Positions 31,796 to 42,403 of a stretch of DNA of 64,000 bases are shown here, in pieces. This stretch comes from Alphaproteobacteria bacterium. GTDB lineage: Bacteria > Pseudomonadota > Alphaproteobacteria > CALKHQ01. The notes beneath the pieces were generated by a model. That model worked only from the letters and a program-made list of their open reading frames with translations. It had not been told where the DNA came from and searched no databases. Position 1 is the stretch's first letter, and each line of letters begins with the position of its first letter. The DNA lies in the NCBI GenBank assembly GCA_965227515.1, contig CBDDFZ010000001.1, positions 2,112,001-2,176,000 of the forward strand. The letters are read 5' to 3'. Position numbers and translations under genes: made by a program.

Positions 31796-32992
31796 ATGGC
31801 GTTGCCGCAGTCCATTTCCACACCGCCCCCGCGACCAGCGGGAACCACCGGCGTGCTTGTGCTCGCCGACGGGTCGGTGGTCTGGGGGCGCGGTTTCGGT
31901 GCTGCGTCGTCGGCCGTGGGCGAGGTGTGCTTCAACACCGCCATGACCGGCTATCAGGAAATCCTGACCGACCCGAGCTATGCGGGACAGATCATCACAT
32001 TCACGTTCCCCCATATTGGTAACGTCGGGGCAAATGTCCAGGACCTGGAATCGACGACGCCGTTCGCGCGCGGGTGCATCCTGCGTTCCGCGATCACCGC
32101 GCCGTCGAACTACCGTTCCGAGCAGGATCTCGGCGCGTGGCTGGCCTCCAACAACCTAGTCGGCCTCAGCGGGGTCGACACTCGCCGGCTGACCCGGCTG
32201 ATACGGGATTCCGGCGCGCCCAGTGCCGCCATCGCCCACGACAAGGAGGGGCGGTTCGACCTGCCGACGCTCTACGAGACCGCATCGTCCTGGCCGGGCC
32301 TGAAGGGCATGGACCTGGCCAAGGATGTGACCTGCCGCCAGACCTATAGCTGGGACGAGGCACGCTGGGCCTGGCCCGACGGCTTTGCCGCGCCGGCCGC
32401 GCCGCGACGCCGCGTGGTCGCCATCGACTACGGCGCCAAGCGCAACATCCTGCGCTGCCTGGCCGGGTTGGGCTGCGAGCTGATCGTGGTGCCGGCCACC
32501 GCCAGTGCCGAGGACGTGATGCGCCATAAGCCGGACGGCATCTTCCTGTCGAACGGCCCGGGCGATCCGGCGGCGACCGGCGCGTACGCGCTGCCGGTGC
32601 TGCGGGAACTGATCGACACCGGGCTGCCGATCTTCGGCATCTGCCTGGGCCATCAGTTGCTGGCGCTGGCGCTGGGGGCGAAGACGGCGAAGATGGCCAT
32701 CGGCCACCGCGGCGCCAACCATCCGGTGAAAGACCTAGTGACCGGCAAGGTGGAGATCACCAGCCAGAACCACGGCTTCGTGGTCGATGGCGCGGGGCTG
32801 CCGGGCACGGTAGCAGTGACCCATGTGTCGCTGTTCGATGGGTCGATCTCCGGCATGCGTGCGGTCGACCGGCCGATCTTTTCTGTGCAATACCACCCCG
32901 AGGCGAGCCCGGGCCCGCAGGACAGCCACTATCTGTTCAAGCGCTTCGTCGACATGATCGACGACCACAAGGGCACGGCCAGCGCTGCTTGA
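31796..32992 (+). CDS. carA: Carbamoyl-phosphate synthase small subunit
   Basis: GEVCFNTAMTGYQE, LSNGPGDP, GICLGHQ, QYHPE. Confidence 0.97.
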   Translation: MALPQSISTPPPRPAGTTGVLVLADGSVVWGRGFGAASSAVGEVCFNTAMTGYQEILTDPSYAGQIITFTFPHIGNVGANVQDLESTTPFARGCILRSAITAPSNYRSEQDLGAWLASNNLVGLSGVDTRRLTRLIRDSGAPSAAIAHDKEGRFDLPTLYETASSWPGLKGMDLAKDVTCRQTYSWDEARWAWPDGFAAPAAPRRRVVAIDYGAKRNILRCLAGLGCELIVVPATASAEDVMRHKPDGIFLSNGPGDPAATGAYALPVLRELIDTGLPIFGICLGHQLLALALGAKTAKMAIGHRGANHPVKDLVTGKVEITSQNHGFVVDGAGLPGTVAVTHVSLFDGSISGMRAVDRPIFSVQYHPEASPGPQDSHYLFKRFVDMIDDHKGTASAA

Positions 32993-33002
32993 TTAGTCTT
33001 GG

Positions 33003-34829
33003 CTACCCGCCAACGGCTGGGATCGCGACGTCCTCGATCGTGAAGCGCACGCGCTCGCGGCCCTGCCAGCGATTGCGTTCCAGCTTGCCGACGACATCGA
33101 CGGTTGCGCCGATGCGTTCCATCAGCGTGGTGCCGATCGGCCCCGGCAGCGCGCGGAACGCCACCACGTCGAGGGTGCGGCCATCGTGTCCGCTCAGCCT
33201 GCACCGCAGGTGGGTCTGGTCGCGGCCCATCGGCCGCGCGTCGGCGACCATGGCATTCGACAGCATGAATTTCGGTGTCGGATTGCCGGCGCCGAACGGC
33301 CCAAGACGTTCCAGCTCGGTGGCGAGGTCCAGCGTGGCGCCGCCGACGGCGAGCCGGGCGTCATAGTCCACGCGCGGCGCCAGCGGCGTGTTGCCGAGCT
33401 GGTCGGCGATGCGCTCCTCGGCAAAGGCGCGGAAGTCGTCGGCGCGGTCGGCGTGCAGGGTCAGCCCCGCAGCCATCGCGTGGCCGCCGCCACCCTCCAC
33501 CAGCCCGGCCTGCCGGGCGGCGATGACGATGGCGCCCATGTCGACCCCGCTGACCGAGCGTCCCGAGGCCTTGATCACATCGCCGTCCTGGTTGCCGACG
33601 AAGGCCGGCCGGTGAAACCTGTCCTTCAGCCGTGCCGCCACGATGCCGACGATGCCCGCGTGCCATGCCGGATCGGCCACGAACAGCAGCCGTGCATCGG
33701 CCTCCGCCGCGCTCTCGCAGCGGGCCAGTGCCTGCTCCAGGGCCGCGGCCTCCAGCGCCTGGCGCTCGGCGTTCAGCCGGTTGAGGATTGAGGCCAGTTC
33801 CGCCGTGCGGTCGGCGGCATCGGTGCGCAGCAACTCTGCGCCAAGGCCGGCGGTGCCGACCCGCCCGCCGGCGTTGATGCGGGGGCCGATGACGAAACCG
33901 GCGTGATACGCGCCCGGCGCCTCGTCCAGGCGCGCGACATCGGCGAGGGCGGCGAAACCGGGATTGCCGCGCCCGGCGAGCACCTTCAGGCCCTGGCTGA
34001 CCAGCGCGCGGTTGATGCCGGTGAGTGGCACCACGTCGCACACCGTGCCGACCGCGACCAGGTCCAAGAGCGCGATCAGGTCGGGCTCCCTGGTGGTGGC
34101 GAAGTGGCCGCGCGTGCGCAGCGTGCGGTTGACCGCGACCGCGAGCATGAAGGCGAGGCCGACGGCGGCCATGTGGCCGAGGCCGCTGGTGTCGTCCAGC
34201 CGGTTCGGGTTGACCACGGCATCGGCGGCGGGCAGGCGGGCCTCCGACTTGTGGTGGTCGACCACGATGACGCCCAGGCCCAGCGCGCGGGCGTGATCCA
34301 GCGGCTCGAAGGCGGTCGCACCGCAATCGACCGTGACCACCAGCGAGGCCCCGCCTTCCATAAGCGCGGTCAGGGCCGCGGCATTGGGGCCGTAGCCCTC
34401 GCTCAGCCGGTCGGGAATGTAGACGGTCACGTTGCCGCCGGCCGCCGTGAGATAGCGGTACAGCAATGCCGAGGAGGTTGCCCCGTCGACGTCGTAGTCG
34501 CCGAAGATGGCGATCTTCTCGTGGCCGGCAACGGCGTCGGCGACCCGTGCGGCGGCCGCCTCCATGTCCTGCAGCACATGGGGGTCGGGCATCTGGTCGC
34601 GCAGCTTCGGGTCCAGGAATCCCGCCGCCTCGTCCAGGCCGATGCCACGCGCCGCCATCAACTCGGCGATCACGATCGGCACGCCGCAGCGCTGGGCCAG
34701 CGCCGCCGCCATCCGGTTCCGCGCCTCGGGCTCCAGTCCGCCGTCGCGCAAGCGCCACGTGCGCCCGGTCACCGATGCATGCGCCGATGGCACGCCGGAT
34801 TCAGTCTTCAGGAGAGGGGCCGCCGGCAT
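33003..34829 (-). CDS. recJ: Single-stranded DNA exonuclease RecJ
   Basis: GDYDVDG, TVDCG, DHH, GPRINAGGR, GGGHAMAAG. Confidence 0.96.
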   Translation of the reverse strand: MPAAPLLKTESGVPSAHASVTGRTWRLRDGGLEPEARNRMAAALAQRCGVPIVIAELMAARGIGLDEAAGFLDPKLRDQMPDPHVLQDMEAAAARVADAVAGHEKIAIFGDYDVDGATSSALLYRYLTAAGGNVTVYIPDRLSEGYGPNAAALTALMEGGASLVVTVDCGATAFEPLDHARALGLGVIVVDHHKSEARLPAADAVVNPNRLDDTSGLGHMAAVGLAFMLAVAVNRTLRTRGHFATTREPDLIALLDLVAVGTVCDVVPLTGINRALVSQGLKVLAGRGNPGFAALADVARLDEAPGAYHAGFVIGPRINAGGRVGTAGLGAELLRTDAADRTAELASILNRLNAERQALEAAALEQALARCESAAEADARLLFVADPAWHAGIVGIVAARLKDRFHRPAFVGNQDGDVIKASGRSVSGVDMGAIVIAARQAGLVEGGGGHAMAAGLTLHADRADDFRAFAEERIADQLGNTPLAPRVDYDARLAVGGATLDLATELERLGPFGAGNPTPKFMLSNAMVADARPMGRDQTHLRCRLSGHDGRTLDVVAFRALPGPIGTTLMERIGATVDVVGKLERNRWQGRERVRFTIEDVAIPAVGG

Positions 34830-34832
34830 GAC

Positions 34833-35831
34833 CTAACGGAACGTCGGGTCGAATTTCTGCTTCAGGGCGAAGCGGTGGGTCGCCTGCACCTCACGCACGG
34901 TGCCGGACTTGGAGCGCATGACCAGCGAGTGGGTCTTGGCGCCGCCCGAGTAGCGCCGCACGCCGCGCAACAGCGCGCCATCGGTCACGCCGGTGGCGGC
35001 GAACATGACATTGCCGTCGGCCAGGTCGGTCAAAGTGTAGATGCGGTCGAGGTCGGTGATGCCGCACTTGTCGGCGCGCGCCTTCTCGTCGTCGTTGCGG
35101 AACACCAGCCGGCCCTGCATTTGGCCGCCGATGCAGCGCAGCGCGGCCGCACCCAGCACGCCCTCCGGCGCGCCGCCGGTGCCGAGATAGATGTCGACGC
35201 CGCTGTCCGGCAACGTGGTCGCGATGACGCCGGCGACGTCGCCATCCGGGATCAGCATGATGCGCGCGCCGGATGCGCGCACGTCGTTGATCAAGTGCTC
35301 GTGGCGCGGCCGGTCCAGGATGCAGACCAGCAGGTCCTCGATGTCCTTGTTGCTGGCCTTCGCCAGCAGCGACAGGGTTTCGCCCACCGGCCGATCGAGA
35401 TCGGCAATGTCGGCGGGCAGGTCGCCGCCGATGGCGATCTTCTGCATGTAGACGTCGGGCGAATGCAGGAAGCCGCCTTCCTCGGCCAGCGCGATCACGG
35501 CCATCGCGTTATAGCCGCCCTTGGCGGTGATGGTGGTGCCTTCCAGGGGATCGAGCGCGATGTCGATACGGGGGCCAGCGCCCATGCCCACTTCCTCGCC
35601 GACGTAGAGCATCGGCGCCTCGTCGCGCTCGCCCTCGCCGATAACGACCTTGCCCCGGATCGCCAGCCCGTTCAGCGCCCGCCGCATGGCATCGACTGCG
35701 GCCTGGTCGGCCGTCTTCTCGTCGCCCCGGCCCATCTGGCGGGATGCGGCCAGCGCGGCCGCCTCGGTCACCCGCACGGCCTCCAGCGCCAGGTTGCGGT
35801 CGCTCTGCAGCGCGGTGGTGTTGTCAGGCAT
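34833..35831 (-). CDS. glpX: Class II fructose-1,6-bisphosphatase
   Basis: VRVTEAAA, IGEGERDEAPML, DPLEGT, DGDV. Confidence 0.96.
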   Translation of the reverse strand: MPDNTTALQSDRNLALEAVRVTEAAALAASRQMGRGDEKTADQAAVDAMRRALNGLAIRGKVVIGEGERDEAPMLYVGEEVGMGAGPRIDIALDPLEGTTITAKGGYNAMAVIALAEEGGFLHSPDVYMQKIAIGGDLPADIADLDRPVGETLSLLAKASNKDIEDLLVCILDRPRHEHLINDVRASGARIMLIPDGDVAGVIATTLPDSGVDIYLGTGGAPEGVLGAAALRCIGGQMQGRLVFRNDDEKARADKCGITDLDRIYTLTDLADGNVMFAATGVTDGALLRGVRRYSGGAKTHSLVMRSKSGTVREVQATHRFALKQKFDPTFR

Positions 35832-36150
35832 GAAAGACTCCGGCGGACACGTTCTTGCTCGCGCAATCATACAGTCTTGAACGCCAACCGCAGCGCCGGA
35901 GTCATGTGAACGTTTTCAGTCGGGCGGGCAGCCGTGCGGCCGGCAGTGGCGCCGTCACGGCGCGAAAGGCTCGCCCTCCGCATTCAGATTGTCACAATTG
36001 TGCGCGCTCTCGCAGGCGTTGCGTGCCAGGTTCTCGACCAGCCCGGCGAAGAAGTCGCCGACGTCGCGATCGGCACAGCCGCTCAACGGACCGTCGGCAA
36101 GCACCACGGCGCACAGCGTTCGCCGTGGTCCCCAGGGCGCGCGCTGGCGG

Positions 36151-37179
36151 TCAGTACTGGGCATTGGTCCAGGCGAACAGCGAGAACGACCACACTTCGC
36201 CCGCAGCGCTGAACGTGCCGCGCGCATCGTAGCGCTCGATCAGCGTCTGGCCGGTCTCGGCGTCGATGATCAGGGCGCCGGAGCCGGTAATGTCGCCCCA
36301 GGTTGCCGAGATATCCAGCCCCACCACGAGATTGCTTCGCGGGACATTGGTCGCCGTGCCGAGCGTGGTGCCGCGAACGGTCAAGCCATGGTTCTCGAAC
36401 GGCAACGGATAGGTGACCGTGAAGACGCCGGCGCCGGGCAAATACCCACGGCCCGACACCGCGTGCGGCTGGAGAATGCGTCCCACCAGCCCGACCAGGG
36501 TGTCATTCGCCGTTGACCACTGCGGGGGCACGCCGCCCTGGCAGCATTGCAAATTGCCCGCATTGTTGGATGTGCCGGACAGGCCCTGCATGACCTGTGT
36601 CAGGCAGCCCAGATATTGGCACCAGCGGGCCTCGATACTGTGAATCTGGACCGCGCGCTGCACGGTGCCGGCGCCCATGGCACCGACGCCGGCGGTGCCG
36701 CTGGACGTGAACGACCAGGCATAGGACGCGCCGGTTTGCGTGGAACGCACATCGATCTGCACGTTCTCCTGCAGCCAGAAGCTGGGCAGAGCCGCGCCAC
36801 CCACAGCTATCGGTGCGTTGTGCGGCACCACCACGAAGCGCGGCAGATATGGGATCTGCAGGCGGTTGTCGGGCGCCTGGCCCGGCCACTGCGGGTTCGG
36901 CGTCTGAAACTGCGGACCCTGAAATTGCGGAATCTGCAGCGGCGCGCCGGCGCCCTGCCCAGGCTGCTGCGGCGGATCGGGCACCTCATGGCAAACCGGC
37001 TCGCCGCCGATATTGGTCGTGCAGATTTCCGCGACCGGATGCAGGAACACCGAAGGACCGGTGGCCACGCCGTCGCCCATCAGCCCCAGGGCGTGCGGTT
37101 CGGCCGACGCAGCACCGCCGGACGCGAGGCCCAGCAGCACGGCAAACGCAAAGGCATGGGGTCCACGGCGGATGTTCAT
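36151..37179 (-). CDS. Secreted hypothetical protein with Pro/Gln-rich linker
   Basis: Signal peptide (AASA-E), Cys pairs, PQ-rich repeats; GGGAG RBS. Confidence 0.65.
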   Translation of the reverse strand: MNIRRGPHAFAFAVLLGLASGGAASAEPHALGLMGDGVATGPSVFLHPVAEICTTNIGGEPVCHEVPDPPQQPGQGAGAPLQIPQFQGPQFQTPNPQWPGQAPDNRLQIPYLPRFVVVPHNAPIAVGGAALPSFWLQENVQIDVRSTQTGASYAWSFTSSGTAGVGAMGAGTVQRAVQIHSIEARWCQYLGCLTQVMQGLSGTSNNAGNLQCCQGGVPPQWSTANDTLVGLVGRILQPHAVSGRGYLPGAGVFTVTYPLPFENHGLTVRGTTLGTATNVPRSNLVVGLDISATWGDITGSGALIIDAETGQTLIERYDARGTFSAAGEVWSFSLFAWTNAQY

Positions 37180-37323
37180 TCAGGCAACTCCCTTGGCAGT
37201 GCAGCCGGCATGGCGGTCGTGGGCGAAGCTGAGCCGCGGATTCTGGCCAGAATGTGGTGCCGGCGCTGCGACCACGGGCGGCAACGCCGGCATCGGCATC
37301 CTGTCAGTACAGGTCCGGCGTTC

Positions 37324-38568
37324 TCAGTCGACGTCGATGATCCCGACCTCGACGTACTCGCCGCCTTCCAGGCCGAACTGGCCGATCACACCGGCAACGT
37401 CGCCGTTCTCGTCGAAATCATGGGGCCCGGACACACCATTGTAGTCAATGTCGGTGCCGGCCGCGATCAGCTCCACCGCCTTCGCCCACTCGCCGGGTTC
37501 GATGATCTCGCCGGGCGGGTTGGCGACCATGCGCAGCGCGTCGCGCACCGCGGTGCGGTCTGTGGAGCCGGCCTGCTCGATGGCGAGCGCGATCAGGAAC
37601 GTCGCGTCATAGGTCTGCTGGATGAAGAACTTGTCGTCGGTGCTCTCGTAGGCGGCCGCATAGTTCGCTTCAAACTTCTCGCCAGCGCTCGATTCAGGCG
37701 GCGAGGTCGGCGACGTGAACATGATGCCTTCCAGGTTCTCCGCCCCGATCTCCTCGATCAGCAAGTTGTCGCGCAGGCCGTCGGTGCCGATGAAGCGGTC
37801 GAAGAAGCCGTTCTCCAGCGACTGGCGCACGATGGTGATGCCGCTGCCGGCGGCATAGGCGATCAGCACCAGCGCCTGGGCATCGCCGGCACCGGAGAGC
37901 GTCGCCAGCTCGGAGCGGTAGGAGCTCTTGTCCGGCTCATGCACCTGGTCGCCGGTGATGGTGCCGCCCGCAGCGGTGAACGCATCGCGGAAGGTGGAGG
38001 CGATGCCAACGCCGTAGTCGTTGTTCACATAGGTCAGCGCCACGGTGTCGATGCCGTTGTCGAGCAGCATCTTGGCCAGCGCGATGCCCTGGAAGTCATC
38101 GCTGGGAATGACACGGAACAGGAAGTCGTTGTCTTCCATATTGGTCATTTCCGGCGACGTGGAGGTGGGCGACACCTGCAGCACGCCGGAGGGGATGGTC
38201 ACCGCGTTGGCGGCCGCGATGGTAGCGCCGCTGGCCAGCGCGCCCATGATAGCGGCCACGTTGTCGACATTGACCAGCTTGTTGGCGGCGTCCACTGCGC
38301 CCTGCGCGGTCGCCTGGCTGTCGCCGACCACCAGAACCAGCTCGTTTCCGCCCAGAATGCCGCCCTGAGCGTTCACCTCGTCCACCGCCAGCACGGCGGC
38401 GTCCATGATGGGCGGAATGAAGCTGGCGAGGTCGCCGGTCACGCCCATCAGGGCGCCGAGGTTCACATCCTCGGCCGCGGCCGGCGTCGCGGTGGCCGCC
38501 GCAACGCACGCCAGCGCGGTTCCCGCGATCAGCATCTGCCGGCGCTTGGCCTGGTTCGATTTCAACAT
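37324..38568 (-). CDS. ABC transporter substrate-binding protein (branched-chain amino acid/LivJ-like), orphan
   Basis: AVDEVNAQGGILG, SPTSTSP, FRVIPSD..QG, DYNGVSG..DFD.NGD. Confidence 0.9.
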   Translation of the reverse strand: MLKSNQAKRRQMLIAGTALACVAAATATPAAAEDVNLGALMGVTGDLASFIPPIMDAAVLAVDEVNAQGGILGGNELVLVVGDSQATAQGAVDAANKLVNVDNVAAIMGALASGATIAAANAVTIPSGVLQVSPTSTSPEMTNMEDNDFLFRVIPSDDFQGIALAKMLLDNGIDTVALTYVNNDYGVGIASTFRDAFTAAGGTITGDQVHEPDKSSYRSELATLSGAGDAQALVLIAYAAGSGITIVRQSLENGFFDRFIGTDGLRDNLLIEEIGAENLEGIMFTSPTSPPESSAGEKFEANYAAAYESTDDKFFIQQTYDATFLIALAIEQAGSTDRTAVRDALRMVANPPGEIIEPGEWAKAVELIAAGTDIDYNGVSGPHDFDENGDVAGVIGQFGLEGGEYVEVGIIDVD

Positions 38569-38765
38569 TGGGTTTCTCCCCCTGGCGATGCGCCGATCCA
38601 TAGGCCGCCGCACCCGTGAAACGTTGGCCGGATGGTAGAATGGGTACGCCGAATCCTCAAGTGAGAGCGCGGTGGCGCGCGGGCGCGCAACAAACCCCTC
38701 GACTCGCGGTTCCATTGTAACTATCCAGTTACTTTCGGTGCCATTCCCCGTACGGAGACTGAAAC

Positions 38766-40292
38766 GTGCCTGCCGAAGTTGCCGAACTGACACCGGACGA
38801 AATCGCCGCGCGCATTCCCGACGACGCCACGATGGCGCTGACCGGCGCCGGCATCTTCCTGGAGCCCGACGAGATCTTCGCCGCCATCGAGCGGCGGTTC
38901 CTGGAGACCGGGCACCCGCGCAACCTGACCCTGATCCACGCGCTCGGCATCGGCGACAATGGCGACAGCGGCATGAACCGGTTCGCCCACGAGGGCATGG
39001 TCTCGTGCGTCATCGGCGGGCATTGGAGCTGGTCGAAGCCGATGCAGGAGCTGGCGCGGGATAACAAGATCGAGGCCTACTCGTTTCCCGGCGGCGCCAT
39101 CTCCATCCTGTTGCGCGAGATCGGGGCGAAGCGGCCGGGCGCCATCACCCGCATCGGGCTCGGCACCTTTGCCGACCCCCGGGTCAGTGGCGGTCGGTGC
39201 AACGCGCGCGCCGGGCGCGATCTGGTGGAGGTCGTCACCTTCGACGGCATGGAGTACCTGCGCTACAAGCCGCACAAGATCGACATCGCCGTCGTGCGCG
39301 GCACCGCGGCCGACCCGCGCGGCAACATCACCTTCAACCGCGAGCCGGCCGACCTGGATGCCTATGCCGTGGCGCTGGCCGCGCACAATTGCGGCGGCAC
39401 CGTCTATGCCCAGGTCGAGAGCCGTCATGAGGGGCGCATCCTGCCGGCCCGCATGGCGCGGCTGCCCGGCATCCTGGTCGATGCGGTGACCGTCAGGCCC
39501 GACGCGCGCAAGACCTATCTCGATGGCTACGATGCGCACCTGGCCGGTGAGGTGCCGACCAACCCCAACGGCGTCGCGGAGATGGAGATGCCGACCGGCG
39601 TGCGCCGGCTGATCGCCGAGCGCGCGGCGAAGGAGATCACCAAGCGCCCGCCGCCGCCGAACGGCCGCCCGTGGTCGGTCAATTTCGGCTACGGCATCCC
39701 TGGCGGCATCCCGGCGCTGCTGCATGCCCAGGGCAAGGCCGACTATTGGGGCACCATCGAGCAGGGCATCCACAACGGGCGGATGATGGACGGGCCGATG
39801 TTCGGCTCCGCCCGCGACGCCGACGCGATCATCCCCTCAATCGACCAGTTCGACTTCTATTCCGGCGGCGGCATCGACATGGCCTTCCTCGGCATGGGCG
39901 AGATGGACGAGCACGGCAACGTCAACGTGTCGATGATCGGCGACCTGCTGGTGGGGCCGGGCGGCTTCGTCGACATCACCCAGACCGCGCAGGAAGTGGT
40001 GTTCTGCGGCACGTTCGAAGCCAAGGGCCTGAAGGTCGCGGCCGGCGACGACGGCAACCTCAGCATCGAGCGCTATGGCGACGTGCCGAAACTGGTGCGC
40101 GCGGTGCGCCACATCACGTTCTCCGGCGCCCAGGCGCGAGTGAACGGGCAGCAGGTGCTCTATGTCACCGAGCGCGCGGTGTTCCGCCTCGGCGCCGAGC
40201 ACATCGAGCTGATCGAGCTTGCGCCCGGCATCGACCTGGAGCGCGACGTGCTCGCCCGCATGGAGTTCCGGCCCGAGGTGGTGTTGTCGTAA
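38766..40292 (+). CDS. Acyl-CoA:acetate/3-ketoacid CoA transferase (YdiF/Pct family, fused alpha-beta)
   Basis: GLGTFADPR, NFGYGIP, EQG catalytic Glu, GGFVDIT, YVTERAVF. Confidence 0.9.
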   Translation: MPAEVAELTPDEIAARIPDDATMALTGAGIFLEPDEIFAAIERRFLETGHPRNLTLIHALGIGDNGDSGMNRFAHEGMVSCVIGGHWSWSKPMQELARDNKIEAYSFPGGAISILLREIGAKRPGAITRIGLGTFADPRVSGGRCNARAGRDLVEVVTFDGMEYLRYKPHKIDIAVVRGTAADPRGNITFNREPADLDAYAVALAAHNCGGTVYAQVESRHEGRILPARMARLPGILVDAVTVRPDARKTYLDGYDAHLAGEVPTNPNGVAEMEMPTGVRRLIAERAAKEITKRPPPPNGRPWSVNFGYGIPGGIPALLHAQGKADYWGTIEQGIHNGRMMDGPMFGSARDADAIIPSIDQFDFYSGGGIDMAFLGMGEMDEHGNVNVSMIGDLLVGPGGFVDITQTAQEVVFCGTFEAKGLKVAAGDDGNLSIERYGDVPKLVRAVRHITFSGAQARVNGQQVLYVTERAVFRLGAEHIELIELAPGIDLERDVLARMEFRPEVVLS

Positions 40293-40336
40293 AGGATGCT
40301 TGCCGGTCCAGGCACTCATCTTGCACGCTTGGGGGC

Positions 40337-41020
40337 ATGCAACTCACGCCGGACCTCGTCAAGCTGAGCATCAGGCCCGAGCCCGACCTGGGCCCGGAGC
40401 CGAGCTGGATAGAACTCACCGAGCAGGAACTTGACGCATTCTCCCGCGAGGTCGATGCCGCGTGCGGTGCGGACCCGCTTTGGGTCTTCGCCTACGGCTC
40501 GCTAATCTGGAAGCATGCCTTCGACCCGGTGGAGGGTATCCGTGCCACCGCCCACGGCTGGCACCGCGCGTTCTGCCTGCGCATGCGGCGCTGGCGCGGC
40601 TCGCCGGACCAGCCGGGCCTGATGATGGCGCTGATGCCGGGCGGGCGCTGCGACGGCATCGCCTACCGGCTGCCGGACGAGGACCGCCTGGAGCAGATCA
40701 GGCGGGTGCTGTACCGCGAGGTGCGGTTCCAGCAGACACGCCACATGCTGCGCTGGGTGCACCTGCGGACCGCGCGCGGGCCGATGCGCGCGCTGACGTT
40801 CTGGGCCGGGCCGACCGGCGAGCGGGTTGCGCCGAAGCAGCCGTTGGAGGAAGTGGCGCGCGTCCTGGCGCGGGCGTGCGGGCCTGCGGGCTCGTGCGCC
40901 GAGTACCTCTACAACACGGTCCTCCACCTCGCCGAGCACGACATCCGCGACCGCAACCTCTGGCGCCTGCAGGAACTGGTCGCGCGGGAGATCGCGGCGC
41001 TGCATGGAGGTCGCGACTAG
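40337..41020 (+). CDS. Gamma-glutamylcyclotransferase (ChaC family)
   Basis: WVFAYGSLIW, RGSPDQPGL, GSCAEYL. Confidence 0.9.
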   Translation: MQLTPDLVKLSIRPEPDLGPEPSWIELTEQELDAFSREVDAACGADPLWVFAYGSLIWKHAFDPVEGIRATAHGWHRAFCLRMRRWRGSPDQPGLMMALMPGGRCDGIAYRLPDEDRLEQIRRVLYREVRFQQTRHMLRWVHLRTARGPMRALTFWAGPTGERVAPKQPLEEVARVLARACGPAGSCAEYLYNTVLHLAEHDIRDRNLWRLQELVAREIAALHGGRD

Positions 41021-41071
41021 GCGGCGTGTCTGTTCGTTTAGTGAACGGTACGTGGCGGCCACTTACTGGCT

Positions 41072-41189
41072 CGTCATGCCCGCACTTGCGGAGCCTGTCC
41101 TTGGACCTGATCCGAGGAGGCATTCACGTCTTTTTTGGCCGCTAAAGCGGCCATTCTCGTGGATGGTCGGGACAAGCCCGACCATGACG
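41072..41189. repeat. Palindromic element, family B, with a 28-bp nested insertion
   Basis: Same termini and central GGCCGCT.AAGCGGCC hairpin; extra GAGCCTGTCCTTGGACCTGATCCGAGGA at 41091-41118. Confidence 0.85.
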
Positions 41190-41221
41190 ACAGTGTTTGA
41201 TTTCAATGTGTTGCGTTGTCA

Positions 41222-42235
41222 TTACCCCACGCGGATCACGATCTTGCCGAGGTGGTCGGCGGTGCGCATCCGGCGGTAGGCTTCGCGGGCATCCTCGAAC
41301 GGGACAACGTGGTCAATCACCGGCTGCAGCTGCTGGCTGGCGATGGCGCGGTTCATCTGCTCGAACATGCGGCGCGGGCCGACATAGATGCCGCGCACGG
41401 TCAGCGACTTACGCATGATGTCGGTGGGCACGATTTCGCCGCCGGCGCCGGTCAGGATGCCGATCAGCGAGACTTGGCCGCCGACGCGGGTGGCGGCGAT
41501 CGACTTCTGCAAAGTGCCCGGGCCGCCGACCTCGACCACGCGGTCGACGCCGATGCCGCCGGTCGCCTCCATCACCGCGCGATCCCAGTCCGGCGTGGTG
41601 CGGTAGTTGATCGCGACGTCGGCGCCCATCGCGCGCATGCGGTCCAGCTTGTCGTCGCTGGACGAGGTGACGATGCTGCGCGCGCCCATCATGTCGCAGA
41701 ACTGCTGGGCGAAAACCGACACGCCGCCGGTGCCGAGCAGCAGCACGGTCTCGCCTGGCAGGACGGGCGCCGGCTGGGTCAGCGCATGCCAGGCGGTCAG
41801 CGCGGCGCAGGGCAGGGTGGCGGCCTGCGCGAAGTCCAGATGCGGTGGTATTTGCACGACGCCGCCGGCCGACAGCACCACCTCCTCGGCCAGCACGCCA
41901 TCGAGCGCGCCGCCCAGCGCGGACGCCATCGCCCCGGTGGAGCACGGCCCGGCCTCCCACCGCTGGAAGAAGCAGCTCGCCACCCGGTCGCCGACCGAGA
42001 CGCCCTCGACGCCTGGCCCGACAGCGGTCACCTCGCCGGCGCAATCGGAATTCGGCACCAGCGGATAGACCAGCTTGCGCGCCACCGGGTCCTCGATGGT
42101 GGCGAGATCGCGGTAGTTGATCGCGCTGGCATGCACCCGCACCGCGACCTGACCGGCCCCCGGCTCGGGCGATGCCCGCTCCGCCAGATGAAGCGCGTCG
42201 ACGCCGCCGTCGGATACGATTTCCCATGCGCGCAT
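41222..42235 (-). CDS. NAD(P)-dependent alcohol dehydrogenase/quinone oxidoreductase (MDR family)
   Basis: INYRD, LPCAALTAW, GTGGVS, HLGKIVI. Confidence 0.9.
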   Translation of the reverse strand: MRAWEIVSDGGVDALHLAERASPEPGAGQVAVRVHASAINYRDLATIEDPVARKLVYPLVPNSDCAGEVTAVGPGVEGVSVGDRVASCFFQRWEAGPCSTGAMASALGGALDGVLAEEVVLSAGGVVQIPPHLDFAQAATLPCAALTAWHALTQPAPVLPGETVLLLGTGGVSVFAQQFCDMMGARSIVTSSSDDKLDRMRAMGADVAINYRTTPDWDRAVMEATGGIGVDRVVEVGGPGTLQKSIAATRVGGQVSLIGILTGAGGEIVPTDIMRKSLTVRGIYVGPRRMFEQMNRAIASQQLQPVIDHVVPFEDAREAYRRMRTADHLGKIVIRVG

Positions 42236-42300
42236 ATGAACGTCCCCCGTTTCTGCAATAGGTCTGTCTATTGGCACGCCGGCCCGATTGCACTGACGTG

Positions 42301-42390
42301 GTAGCCTGGGTGGAGCGCAGCGTAACCCAGGAGTCTGTGTGGGCGGCTGATGGATGTTCCCCGGGTTGCACGTCATTGCACCCGGGCTAC
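42301..42390. repeat. GTAG-type REP doublet (family D)
   Basis: GTAGCCTGGGTGGAGCGCAGCGTAACCCAGG ... CCCGGGTTGCACGTCATTGCACCCGGGCTAC; single unit also at 56083-56113. Confidence 0.8.
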
Positions 42391-42403
42391 GACCCTGTTC
42401 GGC

